A stretch of DNA of 64,000 nucleotides. Source: Selaginella moellendorffii (lineage: Eukaryota > Plantae > Lycopodiophyta). The notes under the pieces were generated by a model. That model worked only from the letters and a program-made list of their open reading frames with translations. It did not search any database and was not told the origin of the DNA. Shown here one piece after another: positions 9,861 to 22,834 of the stretch (positions are counted from its first letter, which is position 1; every line of letters starts with the position of its first letter). Made by a program: the position numbers and the translations under genes. The DNA lies in NCBI RefSeq assembly GCF_000143415.4, contig NW_003314273.1:1952052-2016051 (forward strand). Reading direction: 5' to 3'.

Positions 9861-12800
9861 GTAACTGGAGAGCGCCTTACGAAGCATGATGGTCATAGGT
9901 ACTGTGGAAGGTTGCTTTTCATTTAGGTGCTTGGGAACTGCCTGAGAACTAAAAGCGCTACATATGACTGAAGGCATATGCTTTAATCTCATGGATCCGA
10001 AGAACTTAATCAAAATGAGAGAAAATCTTTTCTCAGGAGCTTGTTGGTAAACTTTGCAAGGAAAGTGTGTGATGCAAAGTATGTCAATGAAACACAAACA
10101 AAGATGGTACCTGAAAAGAAGTGAAAGGATCTTAGCTGGCACACCATGGTGAAGAGATAAAGATAAAAAATATGAGAGACAATACTTATCTCTTAATTAA
10201 TTTGCAGTAGTAACATTCATTGAGTAATTTAATTGATCAATAGTTATAACAAAAAAATTAATTTATAAATCAAGATTAATATTAATAGTAAAATAAACAA
10301 GAATATACTAGAAAGTGTTTAGAAAATTATAAATAAAAATATGAACAAAACCTAGATATTAAAATATCCTAGAATATGCTTGCAAATTCTAGGATATTTT
10401 AATATCTAATAGTTGTTGTTGATTTAGATTAATATTCAATCTGCTATAGGTTAAACCGACTATAGATCTGTAGTACTTAAACGTATACAAGCTTATTTAG
10501 AAACCTATTTACATTACTATATAGAACTTTTTATCCAAAACAACTTTGATTAAACCCATATTAAAACTTGGGACTTAAGTTTCTTTGAGATTTTGTTGTA
10601 GATTAGATGTTATATTCTTCTTTTAACCATGTCCTGTACAAATATATAAACTTTATAATTACAATTCAAGTTCTTTAAATGTTTTCTGATTTCGTATTAA
10701 TAAACGAGAAACAACAATTATATAAAGATTACAAATACTTAGTCAAAGGATGCGAAGACAACATACTCAAAGGCATTATAGTTAAAAGTAAAAGATTAAC
10801 ATCAAACAACAATATTATCATCATGAGTATATAATTCTCAGTTATGGAAGTGATATGGTAAATGAGAAGCTTTACAACATCATAATCAACCAATTCCTGA
10901 GTTGCAAGTACATATAATTCTTTAAATGTTTAAATAATGTTTTTCATCTTGGATCAAAATTTTAAACTTTGGATTCATGATAATGTTTGAATATGAGGTG
11001 AAAAAAAAGATATTGGTATTATATTTAAAATTAAATTAAAATTTATCTATAAATTACACTGAAAAAAATATAGGGCATTTCTTATAATCACCTTTATAGT
11101 AATAATGAAAAGCTTAATATAAATATATACTTAAACAATTAGTGTAAATACTAATTTATAGAGTTTAAAAATAATATTTTCTTTTCTAAATTAAGTGATG
11201 ATACAAAACCTCTATCAAATAGTAAATATTGCTAAAAAATATTATATACTTAAATTATTATTTTTTAAAACCTTTTTAATAAAATATTGCAGCTAAAACC
11301 TTATAAAATATTCTTTAGTATATCAAGATATCCTTGTCAACTCCCTTGTTTATTAGCTCTTTTTATTAGAAAATCCTTTTATATAGAACATCATCTTAGA
11401 TGGTGATAGTTATTTGAGAGAAATGTCATTTTAAATTTTTTTTTTTACACTACTAAATAATATATACCAAGTTGGAATAAGATCTTTAACACCATTAATG
11501 CTTTATAATTTTATGAAATATTCATAAGTTTATAGCTTTTTTATTTCCATCTTATAGCCTTCACAAGATGCAATTTTAATGTGGAGAGGGTATTAAAAGG
11601 TCTTTAGCACATCTCACCTTAGAAGGTATTTATCACTTAACACAACCATACTTCTAATTTAGGTGTTTGGGAGCTGCCTGAGAACTAGGAGTGCTGTGTC
11701 AGAATGAGGGAACTATCACTGAAGGCCAATCTCATGGATCCGAAGAACTTAATCAAAATGAGAAAAAAAGTTTTCTCAGGAGCTTGTCAGTAAACTTTTC
11801 GAAGAAAATGGAGAAAGAGTGTAATACAAGGTTGACGGAGCTGTCAACAAAACCAAACAAAGATGTCAAAACTCATTTACTAAAGAAAGAGAATAAATAA
11901 AGATATCAATGCGAGTACTTCCTTATTTGAGAAATAACTGAAATTCTTAAATGTGGAAAACAAACAAACCATTATGTCAACCAAGTTTGTAGCTCTAAAA
12001 TTGCTTTTTTTTATAAGTATTACCTCCAACCCACTATAAACATATGAACTTATATTACTTATTTGCATCTTCTAAAGTGCTTGCAACTTTTAAATTCTAG
12101 TAAGACCACTTGTGCTTATTATGGTATTCAACTTGAAAAGATTTCTTTGTGTGTTCATGTAAATTTTATTCCCAATGGAAAAAGCAACTCCCCTCTTAGC
12201 TGACTAAAACTTTGTTTATACCACCATTATTAACAATTTTAATACCTCTTTAATTTGTTTATCTTCATTACATAAAACATTGGTGGTGTTAAAGATTCTA
12301 TTCTAACTCGGAATATTTTATTTAGTAGTGTTCAAAAAAGAATTTTAAATCGCATCTCTCTCAAATAGTTATCACCATCAAGGATTATGCTCTACATAAA
12401 ATGATATACTTACACAAGGAAGCAGGGAGTTGACAAAAAAGGGCTGTTAGAGACCGAAAGCAAATGCCCTTAAACTTCGAAAGAATGTGATTTTGATATT
12501 TTGTAAAAAAGGAAAAAGTAAAGTTACTCATTTTTAAAAAACTTCTAAATATGTTTACTAGCAAATTAAAATACCAAATAATATTAGTATTTATTTGGTA
12601 CTAAAGATCATACCAATTGATTTATATTGTCTTGGTTTTACCAATTGCTTCTACCCATCTTGAATAACACTGCAAAGCAAAATAATTCACTAGCCTTGTT
12701 CCTCCTCTTGTTTGTACTATTACTATATGTATTATTATTATAAGCATTAATAACATTCTTCATGGTTGCCAGCTTTGCAAGGAGTGCCCTGTCGTACGCA

Positions 12801-13062
12801 TCAAGCAACCCATCCTGTGGATTCCACACGCATCTCTTTTGATTCTCAGGGGTATGCTCCACAAATCCCTCGGCCTTAAACCTGGAGCACTTAATAAGAC
12901 GTTGCCAAGATGAGATCTCATGACCTTGAGTATTTTCCTCCATAGCTAGAGCTCTAGAATCAATCAAAACACTCTTGAAATGTGACAAAAGATGCCAGAA
13001 TCTCCAAGGATGAGTACTAGACTGGTGAAGAGAAAAGCTTTGCATTTTTGTTTCTATTGTAA

Positions 13063-13135
13063 GGGGATGTAGCTCAGATGGTAGAGCGCTCGCTTAGCAT
13101 GCGAGAGGCACCGGGATTGATACCCGGCATCTCCA
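13063..13135 (+). tRNA. tRNA-Ala(AGC), stems intact, T-loop ATTGATA instead of ATCGATA
   Basis: 73-nt cloverleaf GGGGATGTAGCTCAGATGGTAGAGCGCTCGCTTAGCATGCGAGAGG...CATCTCCA followed by TTTT; the B-box C>T change may impair expression. Confidence 0.8.
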
Positions 13136-13795
13136 ACTATTTTCAATCATTCCAAGCATTTTGACCGATTTTACTGGTGTTGACTATGGTTGACCACAGG
13201 GATCCACGATGAAGAAGTAAAACCGGATGGTGCTAGTTCCCTCCACTGTTGGGTCACTGGATTGCTGCTCTACCGTCTGTGACAAACTGGCTTTTATTCC
13301 AGTACCCAGATGGGTTAATTCTTTTGCTTTTGCCTCTGACATTATGAAACTACTTTGATATGTTGTGTCTGCAATAGAGGCAACCATAATAAGAGACCTC
13401 CACCGGCCGAGAAAAAGAAGACTGGTAGGCAGGAGCGTGAAGACAACAAGGATGCCATCTACATGACAAAGATAATCCAGCTTGCATTTTTGCATCTATC
13501 AGTCTCATGCTTTCGGTTGGGCACCGTGAGACTATCAAAACAGCAATGGATAGATATTTATCTCGTGTTTCTTTTCCCCAGTTTCCTGTAGGGAAGTAGT
13601 TTGTGCACGCTGATGGCTTGTGTCTCCATGATCACATTCAATGAGTGCTAAGTTGAAAAACGAGGAAAAAAAGAGTTTCGTTATTCAAAGTATGCAAAGT
13701 GGCGTGTCACTGCAAGTAGGACATTAGGATTGGAAAGATATCCATTTCTCTTTTTGAAATATCATACCTATACTGTGGAGAGCGTTTCCTGATTG

Positions 13796-15045
13796 AGCGA
13801 TGCATGTTATCTCAAAGGAAGCAGCGCAGGAATGCGATCGTTCAGGAGCCCGGGTGGCAGATCAAAGTGACAGATCATCTGGAAGTTGTGGTGGACGATT
13901 CTCCGACTGAGAAGAAACAGCTGGATGCTCACACTCGTAGTTCCCACAGCAATGGTACACTGGAATTCTCCGCAAAGTGTCCTGCCAACACTGGCAGTGA
14001 CACGTAAGTCAGCACAGTGCATGTGTTGTCACAGGGAAGATTGTGTAGAATCAATCTTCAAGGAGATGAAGTTGCAGAGCAAGAAGACAGTAGGCTCTTG
14101 CTCACTGACGGTGATCTCACCCAGAGATCACATACAAGGTTGACTGGTGGAAGTCGCCAGACTTGGAAGTTATGACACAACTGGCTCGGAACATGGATTG
14201 GAAGGTAGAGCAAGAACCTACCAAGTTTCGATTTGATGAAGGATTTACGAGCTATCCTCTAGAGGTGACAAGGGAGCAGACGTTGGTGCACCTCCAAAGG
14301 CCAGAGAGGTTGCTCGAGACGAAAGGTTTGAGAAAATATAACGTACTACTTTTGCTCTCTATTCTTGCAGGCGCTCAAATCTCAACTTTGATGAGAAGAA
14401 GCAGTACAGGGCATAGTGGCCAGATAAGTTTCTCCAGAGTCAAGAGCATCACAAGCGGGGAATCAAGCAAGTGCAATTGTGAAAGTATGGTCGAAGTCTA
14501 CACTGCGGCTTGCAACACAGGTTGTTCGACAGGATGGGACGATGAACAGGATAGGTTGGTCTACCTGGAAAGCAACACTCTCGCCTCACAAATTGTGAAT
14601 ACGAAGCTGATGCATTTGTCGCAAGCAGCCTCGTGGACATGTGGAAGCGTCAGAAGTGTTCGGGAGGACGAAGAAACATGCCTGGAACACGATCATCATG
14701 GGACATGCACTTCTTCTATCGGATGCAACGAAAAGCTGGCCTACCTCCAAACGCTGAGCAAAACATCCTTTCCTGGGATACACCGAGAACAACCTTTGCT
14801 CTCGAGCGCTATGAGCAAGCCAGCAGCCAAACGCTCAGACTTTCGTGGTGGCGCTCAAGGCACGGGGCGACTTAGGCGAAGAGGCTCCACTCGCAGATCT
14901 GGAAGAGAAATCTGGACGGAATCCACTACTCGCGTGCTCACTCATCACATTCTATAGGAAGTGTGGAGACGTGGCTGCCTCTCAAGAAGTTTTCCGCCCC
15001 AAGTTCAGTATTACTCCGGCACTTCCTCTTACACTACTCATTTGA
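13796..15045 (+). pseudogene. Orphan C-terminal tail of the His-rich gene followed by PLS-PPR remnant (unit A1)
   Basis: 13804..14007 encodes the tail (WQIKV...KCPANTGSDT). PPR motifs follow: ADAFVASSLVDM and RNPLLACSLITFYRKCGDVAASQEVF. Confidence 0.8.
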
Positions 15046-16919
15046 AGTACCTGGAGAGTGCCTTACAAAGCATGATGTTCATAGGTACTATAGTTTTTAG
15101 TTCATAGCTTTTTTGTTTCATCTTATAGCTAAAATAGCTTGAAGTCAGATATTTCTAACTAGTTCGACCATCTTGGCCTAAGCATCACATAAATCAAGTA
15201 CCTTCTTGTGAAGGCGAAACTGAAGTTTGTCAGTTTCATGAAAAGCTGTGAAGGCTCTGGAGCTTATCTCCTTACACATGGTAAGTATCTTGTTCTTTGA
15301 CTTTTTCATCAATGACATGTTATTTCAGGGACGGGAATGGACATACAATCTTATTGTGGAGAGGGTATTAGGAGGTGTTGCTCATCTCAGGAGCTTGCTG
15401 GTAAACTTTGTGAGGAAAATGGAGAAAGAGTGTAATGCAAGATTGACGGAGCCATCAACAAAACCCAAACAAAGATGAAAACAGGCGAAGGGATCTTAGG
15501 GGGCACACCATGGTCAAAAGATAAAAATATCAGAGACAATCATGCTCTGGATCATATTTCACAAATGGTTATTTATATAGGAAATTATATATCTATGGTG
15601 TTTGGTCACTTAAACTTAACTTGAAAACTTGGGACGCAAGCTTCTCCAAGTAGATTAGATGTTACATTCTGTCCTGTACAAATGTACAACTTTGTAACTA
15701 TGATTCAAGTACTTTAAATCTTTTTTGATTTCGTGATAGAGAGTTGTCCAAAGTAAATTGTGTGCTTTTGTCTTGCTGATGCTTGGCAAGTTTCTTTGTG
15801 CCTTCTTTCAGCTGATCTAGACAAGGTCGTTGATACATTCAAGTTTCGTGATGGTTGCACGTTTTTCTTTTATTGAAGAATTAACTCTCTCTTTGAGTGT
15901 AATTATAAGAAATGCCCTATATTGTTTTCAGTGTAATTTATAGATAAAGTTTATTTTAGTTTCAAATACAATACCAATATCTATTTTTTTCACCTCATGT
16001 TCAGACGTTATGATGAATCCAAACTTTAACATTTGGATCCATCCTATGCAAAGGATGAATGATTTCAGAATTTTAATGTTTATATGTAATTGTAATTCGG
16101 GAATTGGTTGATTATGATGTTGTAAAGCTTCCCATTTATAAGATCACTTCCATACTTGAGAATTATATACTCATAATGATGGTATTCTTGCTTGATGGCT
16201 ATTTTTTACTTTCAACTATAATGCTTTTGAGTATGTTGTCTTTGCTTCCTTTAACCAAGTATTTGTAATGTTCATATGTTTGTTGTTTCTCGTCTACTAA
16301 TATGAAATCAAAAAAGATTTAAAGAACTTGAATTATAATTATAAAAGTTATATATTTGTACAGAGCATGGTTGAAAGAAAAACATAACATCTAATCAACA
16401 ACAAAATCTCAGAGAAACTTAAGTCCCAAGTTTAATCAAAGAAGTTTTGGGAAAAAAGTTCTATATAATAATGTAAATAGGTTTGTGAATAAGCTTCTAT
16501 AGGTTTAAAGTGACCAAACACTATAGATCTTTGCTTCAGCAAACCTATGGTGGTATTGAATATACTTAAACTATGCTTGGAGATTCTAGGATATTTTAAT
16601 ATCTAATAGTTGTTGTTCATTTAGATTAATCTTTTTGATTATAATTTATAAACTTCCGTATAAACACTTTCTAGTATATTTTTGTTTATTCTACTATAAT
16701 ATTAATCTCAAATAAGTTTATAACTAAATTACTCACAGCAAATTAATTAAGAGATAAGTATTGTCTCTCATAGTTTTTATCTCTTCACCAAGGTGTGCCA
16801 GCTAAGATCCTTTCGCGTCTTTTCAGGTACCATCTTTGATTGACGGCTCCATCAACCTTGCATAACACTCTTTCCTTGCAAAGTTTACCAAGCTCCCAAG
16901 AAAAGCTTTTCTCTCATTG

Positions 16920-17820
16920 AGCGACCACGCTGAGTAGTGGATTCCCTCCAGATTTCTCTCCCAGATCTGCGAGTGGAGCCTCTTCTCTGCTAAGTCGCCG
17001 CGTGCCTTGAGTGCCACCATGAAAGTCTGAGCGTTTGGCTGCGGCTTGCTCATAGCACTCAAGAGCAAAGGTTGTTCTTGGCAAATCCCAGGAAACAACG
17101 TTTTGCTGCTCCATGCAAAGTCTCAGCGTTTGGAGGCAGGCCAGCTTCTCGTTGCATCTGGTAGAAGACGTGCACGTCCCATGATGATCGTGTTCCAGGC
17201 AACCAACGTCGTGTTTCTTTGTCCTCCTGAACACTTCTGATGCTTCCACATGTCCACGAGGCTGCTTGCGACGAATGCATTGGGTTAATTTGCGAGGTAG
17301 ACCAACCTATCCTGTTCTTCGTCCCATCCTGTCAAACAACCTGTGTTGCAAGCCGCAGTGTAGACTTCGACCATACTTCCACAATTTTGCACTTGCTTGA
17401 TTCCTGGCTTATGATGCTCTTGACTCTGGGGAATCCTATCTGGCCGCTATGCCCTGCTCTGCTTCTTCTCATCGAAGTTGAGATTTGAGCACCTGCAAGA
17501 ACAGAGAGCAAAAGTAGTATGTTACCTTTCTCAAACCTTTCGTCTCAAGCAACTTCTCTAGCCTTTCGAGGTGCACTAACGTCTGCTCGCCCGTCACCTC
17601 TAGAGGATAGCTCAGTCAAATCGAAACTTGGTAGGTTCCTGCTCTACTTTCCAGTCCATGTTCCGAGCCAGCTGCGCGATAACTTCCAAGCCTGGTGACT
17701 TCCACCAGTGGACTCTTCACCGTCCGTGAGCAAGACCCTGCTGTCTTCTTGCTCTGCAACTTCATCTCCTTGAAGATTGCTTGTACACAATCTTCCATGT
17801 GACAAGGCATGCACTGTGCT
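16920..17820 (-). pseudogene. PLS-class PPR remnant (unit B2)
   Basis: ASEVFRRTKKHDVGC, MEQQNVVSWD and QPNAQTFMVALKA lie in shifting frames. Confidence 0.75.
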
Positions 17821-17823
17821 GAC

Positions 17824-18588
17824 TTACGCGTCACTGCCAGTGTTGGCAGGACACTTTGAGGAGAATCCCAGAGTGCCATTGCTGTGCGAACCACGAGTGT
17901 GAGCTTCCAGCTGTTTCTTCTCAGTCAGAGAATCGTCCACCACAACTTCGATCTGCCACCCGGGATCCTGAAAGATCGCATTCCTGCACTGCTTCCTCCG
18001 AGAGAACATCCATCGCACGAGCAAAAANNNNNNNNNNNNNNNNNNNNNNNNNNNNNNNNNNNNNNNNNNNNNNNNNNNNNNNNNNNNNNNNNNNNNNNNN
18101 NNNNNNNNNNNNNNNNNNNNNNNNNNNNNNNNNNNNNNNNNNNNNNNNNNNNNNNNNNNNNNNNNNNNNNNNNNNNNNNNNNNNNNNNNNNNNNNNNNNN
18201 NNNNNNNNNNNNNNCCTCCATGGTGGTGACCATGGTGGTGAACAACCAGAGGAGCTCCATCACCGTGATGATGATGGTACACTGCTGCTGCTGGAGCTGG
18301 ATCGTGGTGGCGAGCATCAGGCGCTGGAGCTAGATGAGCAGGGTGGCTGCGAGCAGGGTGAACGAAAGCAGCTGGCGCTGGGGCTCGAACTGGAGCGTCA
18401 CCTTGAAGAACTGGAGCTAAAGCTGGCACTGGCTCGTGGGCTCCTCGAGGATGGTGTCCATGGTGGTGTGGTGGATGTGCTGGAGCTAGAGCTGGAGCTC
18501 GCGGGTGTGAAGCTCGGTGATGGCCGCCATGCCAGGGCGCTGGAGCTCGGCGGGCAAGCGTTGGGGCGGCGTGAGCGCGAGAGACCAT
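17824..18588 (-). CDS. His-rich membrane protein copy spanning an assembly gap (unit B2)
   Basis: Both visible ends are near-identical to 2797-3573; the middle is N. Confidence 0.5.
   Translation of the reverse strand: MVSRAHAAPTLARRAPAPWHGGHHRASHPRAPALAPAHPPHHHGHHPRGAHEPVPALAPVLQGDAPVRAPAPAAFVHPARSHPAHLAPAPDARHHDPAPAAAVYHHHHGDGAPLVVHHHGHHHGXXXXXXXXXXXXXXXXXXXXXXXXXXXXXXXXXXXXXXXXXXXXXXXXXXXXXXXXXXXXXXXFLLVRWMFSRRKQCRNAIFQDPGWQIEVVVDDSLTEKKQLEAHTRGSHSNGTLGFSSKCPANTGSDA
18028..18214. other. Assembly gap (N run) over the GGT microsatellite and TM-coding part
   Basis: Run of N. Confidence 1.
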
Positions 18589-19052
18589 AGCTTACCTGAC
18601 GAGAGCTTCGACAATAGAAAAATCCAAGCGAGAAAGATTATAACCTAACCCTTGACTTAGAAAATAGAAAATAAAGAGGTACTTTTGGCTTTGTGAAAAA
18701 AACAAGAGCTTGTGACGTTGTGGATTGTCGGACTTGAACTGAGCATGCCAAAGAGCCCAAACCTAGATGTGAACAGCGGTTTAATCTCACAATCACGAAA
18801 TGCTCAATATTTCAAAAAGATAAGGCATTTTTAATTTGATGGCAACTCCTTTCCATACTCAATTCTAATTTACTTGCAGTGAATGAAACTTTTTTACTCG
18901 TTTGCAAAAAAGTGGGAAAAAAAAATACAAGATAAACATCTATGCATTGCTCTGTTGACAATCTCACGGTGCAACATCCATTCATAGTTCCCCTAGTCAA
19001 CACCAGTAAAATCGGTCAAAACGCCTGGAACGATCCAATAATCAAACATATT

Positions 19053-19109
19053 TGGAGATGCTGGTTATTGATCCCTAAGCGAGCACTCTACCATCTGAGT
19101 TATCTCCCC
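19053..19109 (-). pseudogene. tRNA-Ala pseudogene with 16-nt deletion
   Basis: Same sequence as 4028-4084. Confidence 0.85.
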
Positions 19110-19591
19110 TTAGCAAAGAAACAAAAATGCTAAACTTTTCTCTTCACCATTCTAATACTCATCCTTGGAGATTCTGGCAGCTTTTGTTGCATTTCAAGAG
19201 CGTTTTGAGAGATGAGCTTTGGAAAGCCCACCATCTCCAGCAAGTTTCTATAGCCAAGAAGCTGCATCAGCAGGCAACCATGAAGAATGTTACTAATGCT
19301 TATAATAATAATACATATTATAGTAATAGTAATCACAAGAGGAGGAGGAAAAGGGATAGTGTTTTGCTTTGCAGTGTTATGCAAGAGGATGAGTAAAGCA
19401 ATTGGTAAAACCAACACAATATAAATCAACTGGTATGGTCTTCTGTACCAATCAAATTGTCTAAACACTAATATTAATTGGTATTTTGGTTTGCTAGTAA
19501 ACATATTTAGCTACATATTTGTATAGCTAAAAGTCTTTTAAAATGAGTAACTTGTTTTTCTTACAAAAGCTCAAAATTGCAAATGTCACCT

Positions 19592-19848
19592 TCACATTCT
19601 TTCAAAATTTAAGTGCATTTGCTTTTCTGAACAAACAAATAGAGATATTGGGCATGCTTGATCAATCCAAAGAAACCAATTATTAAAAGCTTACTTGGTG
19701 ATGGATTTTGTTTCAAGGTGGCCTCTCTCCATTCCTTGTAATCCAAGCATGTTGTCCTGCCTGGATCTTGTACCAAAACCAAACTAATGCCTGTGGAACT
19801 TGTAAGTTGTAACAAGCAAATCAATGCCTTCCTACTGACCTCAAGAAT
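19592..19848 (-). pseudogene. Inverted ORC6 3' fragment (unit B2)
   Basis: Same as 4567-4823 (ORF 19609..19854 is identical). Confidence 0.9.
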
Positions 19849-21906
19849 GTACAACTTAATGTAGTCCTATACAGATCTGATAATAGAGAGAGCAAAAGGA
19901 GTCATTAAAAATATTTTCAAATATTCTGGTACACGAAAGAATAATTTCTTAATGTTTTCGTGGCAATATTTTTATTAAACAGGTATTTTTAAAAATTTTA
20001 AATTTAAATAGTATTTAGATCTGAGTGGCAATATTTCCTATTTAATAGAGGTTTTACCTTCTGACCTGGTAATAGAGGTTTTACATGAAGCAATGCTTGG
20101 TTTACTTGATAGTAGTATCAATCATTGAATAATTTGAATGAGCAATAATTATATACATATTTATAAATTATAAATCAAGATTAATATTATTGCATATCAA
20201 TAGTGGAATAGAAAAGAATATACTTGAAATTTTTTTAGGAAATTTTATAAATTATAAACATGATCATAAATTATAAAAAAGATTAATCTAAATGAACAAC
20301 AACCATTAGATAGTAGAATATCCTAAAATATCCAAGCATATTCAAAGTATATATAATACCACTTCAAGTTTGCTTAAGCAAACCAGTTATATATATGTAT
20401 ATATATAGTGTTTGGTCTCTTAAACTTACACAAGCTTATTCACTATAAAACTTTAGACTTAAGTTTTTCCAACATTTTGTTGTAGAATATAAACAAAGAT
20501 GAAAACAGGCGAAAGGATCTTAGGGGGCACACCATGGTCAAAAGATAAAAATATCAGAGACAATCATGCTCTGGATCATATTTCACAAATGGTTATTTAT
20601 ACAGGAAATTATATATCTATGGTGTTTGGTCTCTTAAACTTAACTTGAAAACTTGGGACTCAAGCTTCTCCAAGTAGATTAGATGTTACATTCTGTCCTG
20701 TACAAATGTACAACTTTGTAACTATGATTCAAGTTCTTTAAATTGTTTTTGATTTGGTGATAGAGAGTTGTCCAAAGTAAATTGTGTGCTTTTGTCTTGC
20801 TGATGCTTGGCTGCCTTCTTTCAGCTGATCTAGACAAGGTCGTTGATACATTTAAGTTTCATGATGGTTGCACGTTTTTCTTCTATTGAAGAATTAATTC
20901 TCTCTTTGAGTGTAATTATAAGAAATGCCCTATATTGTTTTCAGTGTAATTTATAGATAAAGTTTATTTTAGTTTCAAATACAATACCAATATCTATTTT
21001 TTTCACCTCATGTTCAGACATTATGATGAATCCAAACTTTAACATTTGGATCCATCCTATGCAAAGGATGAAAGATTTCAGAATCTTAACATTTAAAGAA
21101 TTATATGTAATTGCAATTCAGGAATTGGTTGATTGTAATGTTGTAAAGCTTCCCATTTATAATATCACTTCCATACCTGAGAATTATATACTCGTAATGA
21201 TGGTATTCCTGCTTGATGGTTATTTTTTACTTTCAATTATAATGCCTTTAAGTATGTTGTCTTTGCTTCCTTTAACCAAGTATTTGTAATGTTCATATGT
21301 TTGTTGTTTCTCATCTACTAATATGAAATTAAAAAAGATTTAAAGAACTTGAATTATAATTATAAAGTTTGTATATTTGTACAGAGCATGGTTGAAAGAA
21401 AAACATAACATCTAATCAACAACAAAATCTCGGAGAAACTTAAGTCCCAAGGTTTAATATGGGTTTAATCAAAGAATTTTTGGGAAAAAAGTTCTATATA
21501 ATAATGTAAATAGGTTTGTGAATAAGCTTCTATAGGTTTAAAGTGACCAAACACTATAGATCCATAATTGGTTTGCTTCAGCAAACCTATGGTGGTATTG
21601 AATATACTTAAACTATGCTTGGAGATTCTAGGATATTTTAATATCTAATAGTTGTTGTTCATTTAGATTAATTTTTTTTTTTTAATTTATAAACTTCCCT
21701 ATAAACACTTTCTAGTATATTTTTGGTTTGCTTAAGCAAACCTGTAGGAGGACTGGGATGGTAATGAATATACTTAGAATATGCTTGGATATTCTTGAAT
21801 ATTCTATCATCCAATGGTGGTTATTCATTTAGATTAATTTCATATTTATAATTTATAAACATGTTTATAATTTATAAACCTTTCTAACCACTTTGTATTA
21901 CCTGGT

Positions 21907-21999
21907 TTTTGGAGCATGAGCCAAAGAAACTGTGTAACATATAGTGCATTGGTTGGGCTCTATGTCCATAATGGCAATTGCAAGGGAGCTCTCAAAGTT
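21907..21999 (+). pseudogene. Single captured PPR motif inside the Helentron
   Basis: Translates to FWSMSQRNCVTYSALVGLYVHNGNCKGALKV. Confidence 0.7.
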
Positions 22000-22834
22000 C
22001 CACTGCCAAAGCCCTCAATCCAGGATCTTCCATGAAGCAGAGAATCTGGAGCCAAGACTGGATGGACGAAGCAGCCAGTGATCCACATGAAGGGAAGAAT
22101 GAAAAATAGGAGGAGTGCTCATAGAGGCCTCCCATCCTCAATTGTGACAAGCATGAAGCATTGAAACCAACTCAGGGATTTGAATAGTGCTCCCTTGAGA
22201 TCAATCATGATGCTATCGTCATTCTTGGCCGCTGCATTGTCCACTGGCTCCAATGGATTGCTCTTGTCCCTGGGAAGCATCAAGAAAATCTCATTTGGAC
22301 TAGTGAATTGATTGAGAATTGGCTCTCCCTGGAGGTTTGAGCTGAGAGCCACGATCCAGGATCAGAAACCCACTATGGCGGTACTGATTGATTGCCCAGA
22401 ATCAATCAATCAACCTGGAACGCATCTATGGATGGAGCTTAGATCTTCCTCTGTATGGCTCCCTATTATGTGAGTGGGCAGTGGGTAGAAAACAAAGATC
22501 AGTGGAGGACAATCTTTCTATTCCTATTCATTAGATTGTAGCAGCTGAGGAGTAAAGTCAGGCTGCTTCCAGCTTTAGCTTGGTCGATGATGAGAAGTAT
22601 CTGGCAAGGATGTTTACAAATGAGGAGAGTCAGTGCACAAAAAGGTTGAAAAGGTTCAGAAGGTTTGTCACCTGCCAAATCCCTAAGTTTGGCAAGTTGA
22701 CGGATTTTAATTTTTAGCTCAAAGTTTTATTCTTTTTTGTTTTTGATTCTTCAAAGTGAAGTCTAGTTTATTTTTGGATCTTTTTACTAGTATAAATTAA
22801 CTAGAGGTAATTCTGTTTAATCAATCATATAGAT

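Larger units (their letters stand above)
1..11700. repeat. Large inverted duplication (arms ~1-3525 and ~8165-11700, ~4.6 kb spacer)
   Basis: 1-10 GACACAGCAC is the reverse complement of 11691-11700 GTGCTGTGTC. Mirrored ORFs are identical (1570..1860+ = 9852..10142-; 1823..2143- = 9569..9889+). The repeat may extend left of the window. Confidence 0.95.
12950..20065. repeat. ~7 kb direct segmental duplication (A1-spacer-B2); partner at ~37195-44353 (A2-spacer-B4)
   Basis: Same ORF series recurs (14845/39131, 15248/39534, 17240/41525, 19130/43425, 19609/43904) with a near-identical spacer. Confidence 0.9.

Noticed and set aside
14163-14957. 264-aa ORF as a functional PPR gene
   Set aside because: TTG start, PPR motifs spread over different frames, and the frame is broken in paralog A2.
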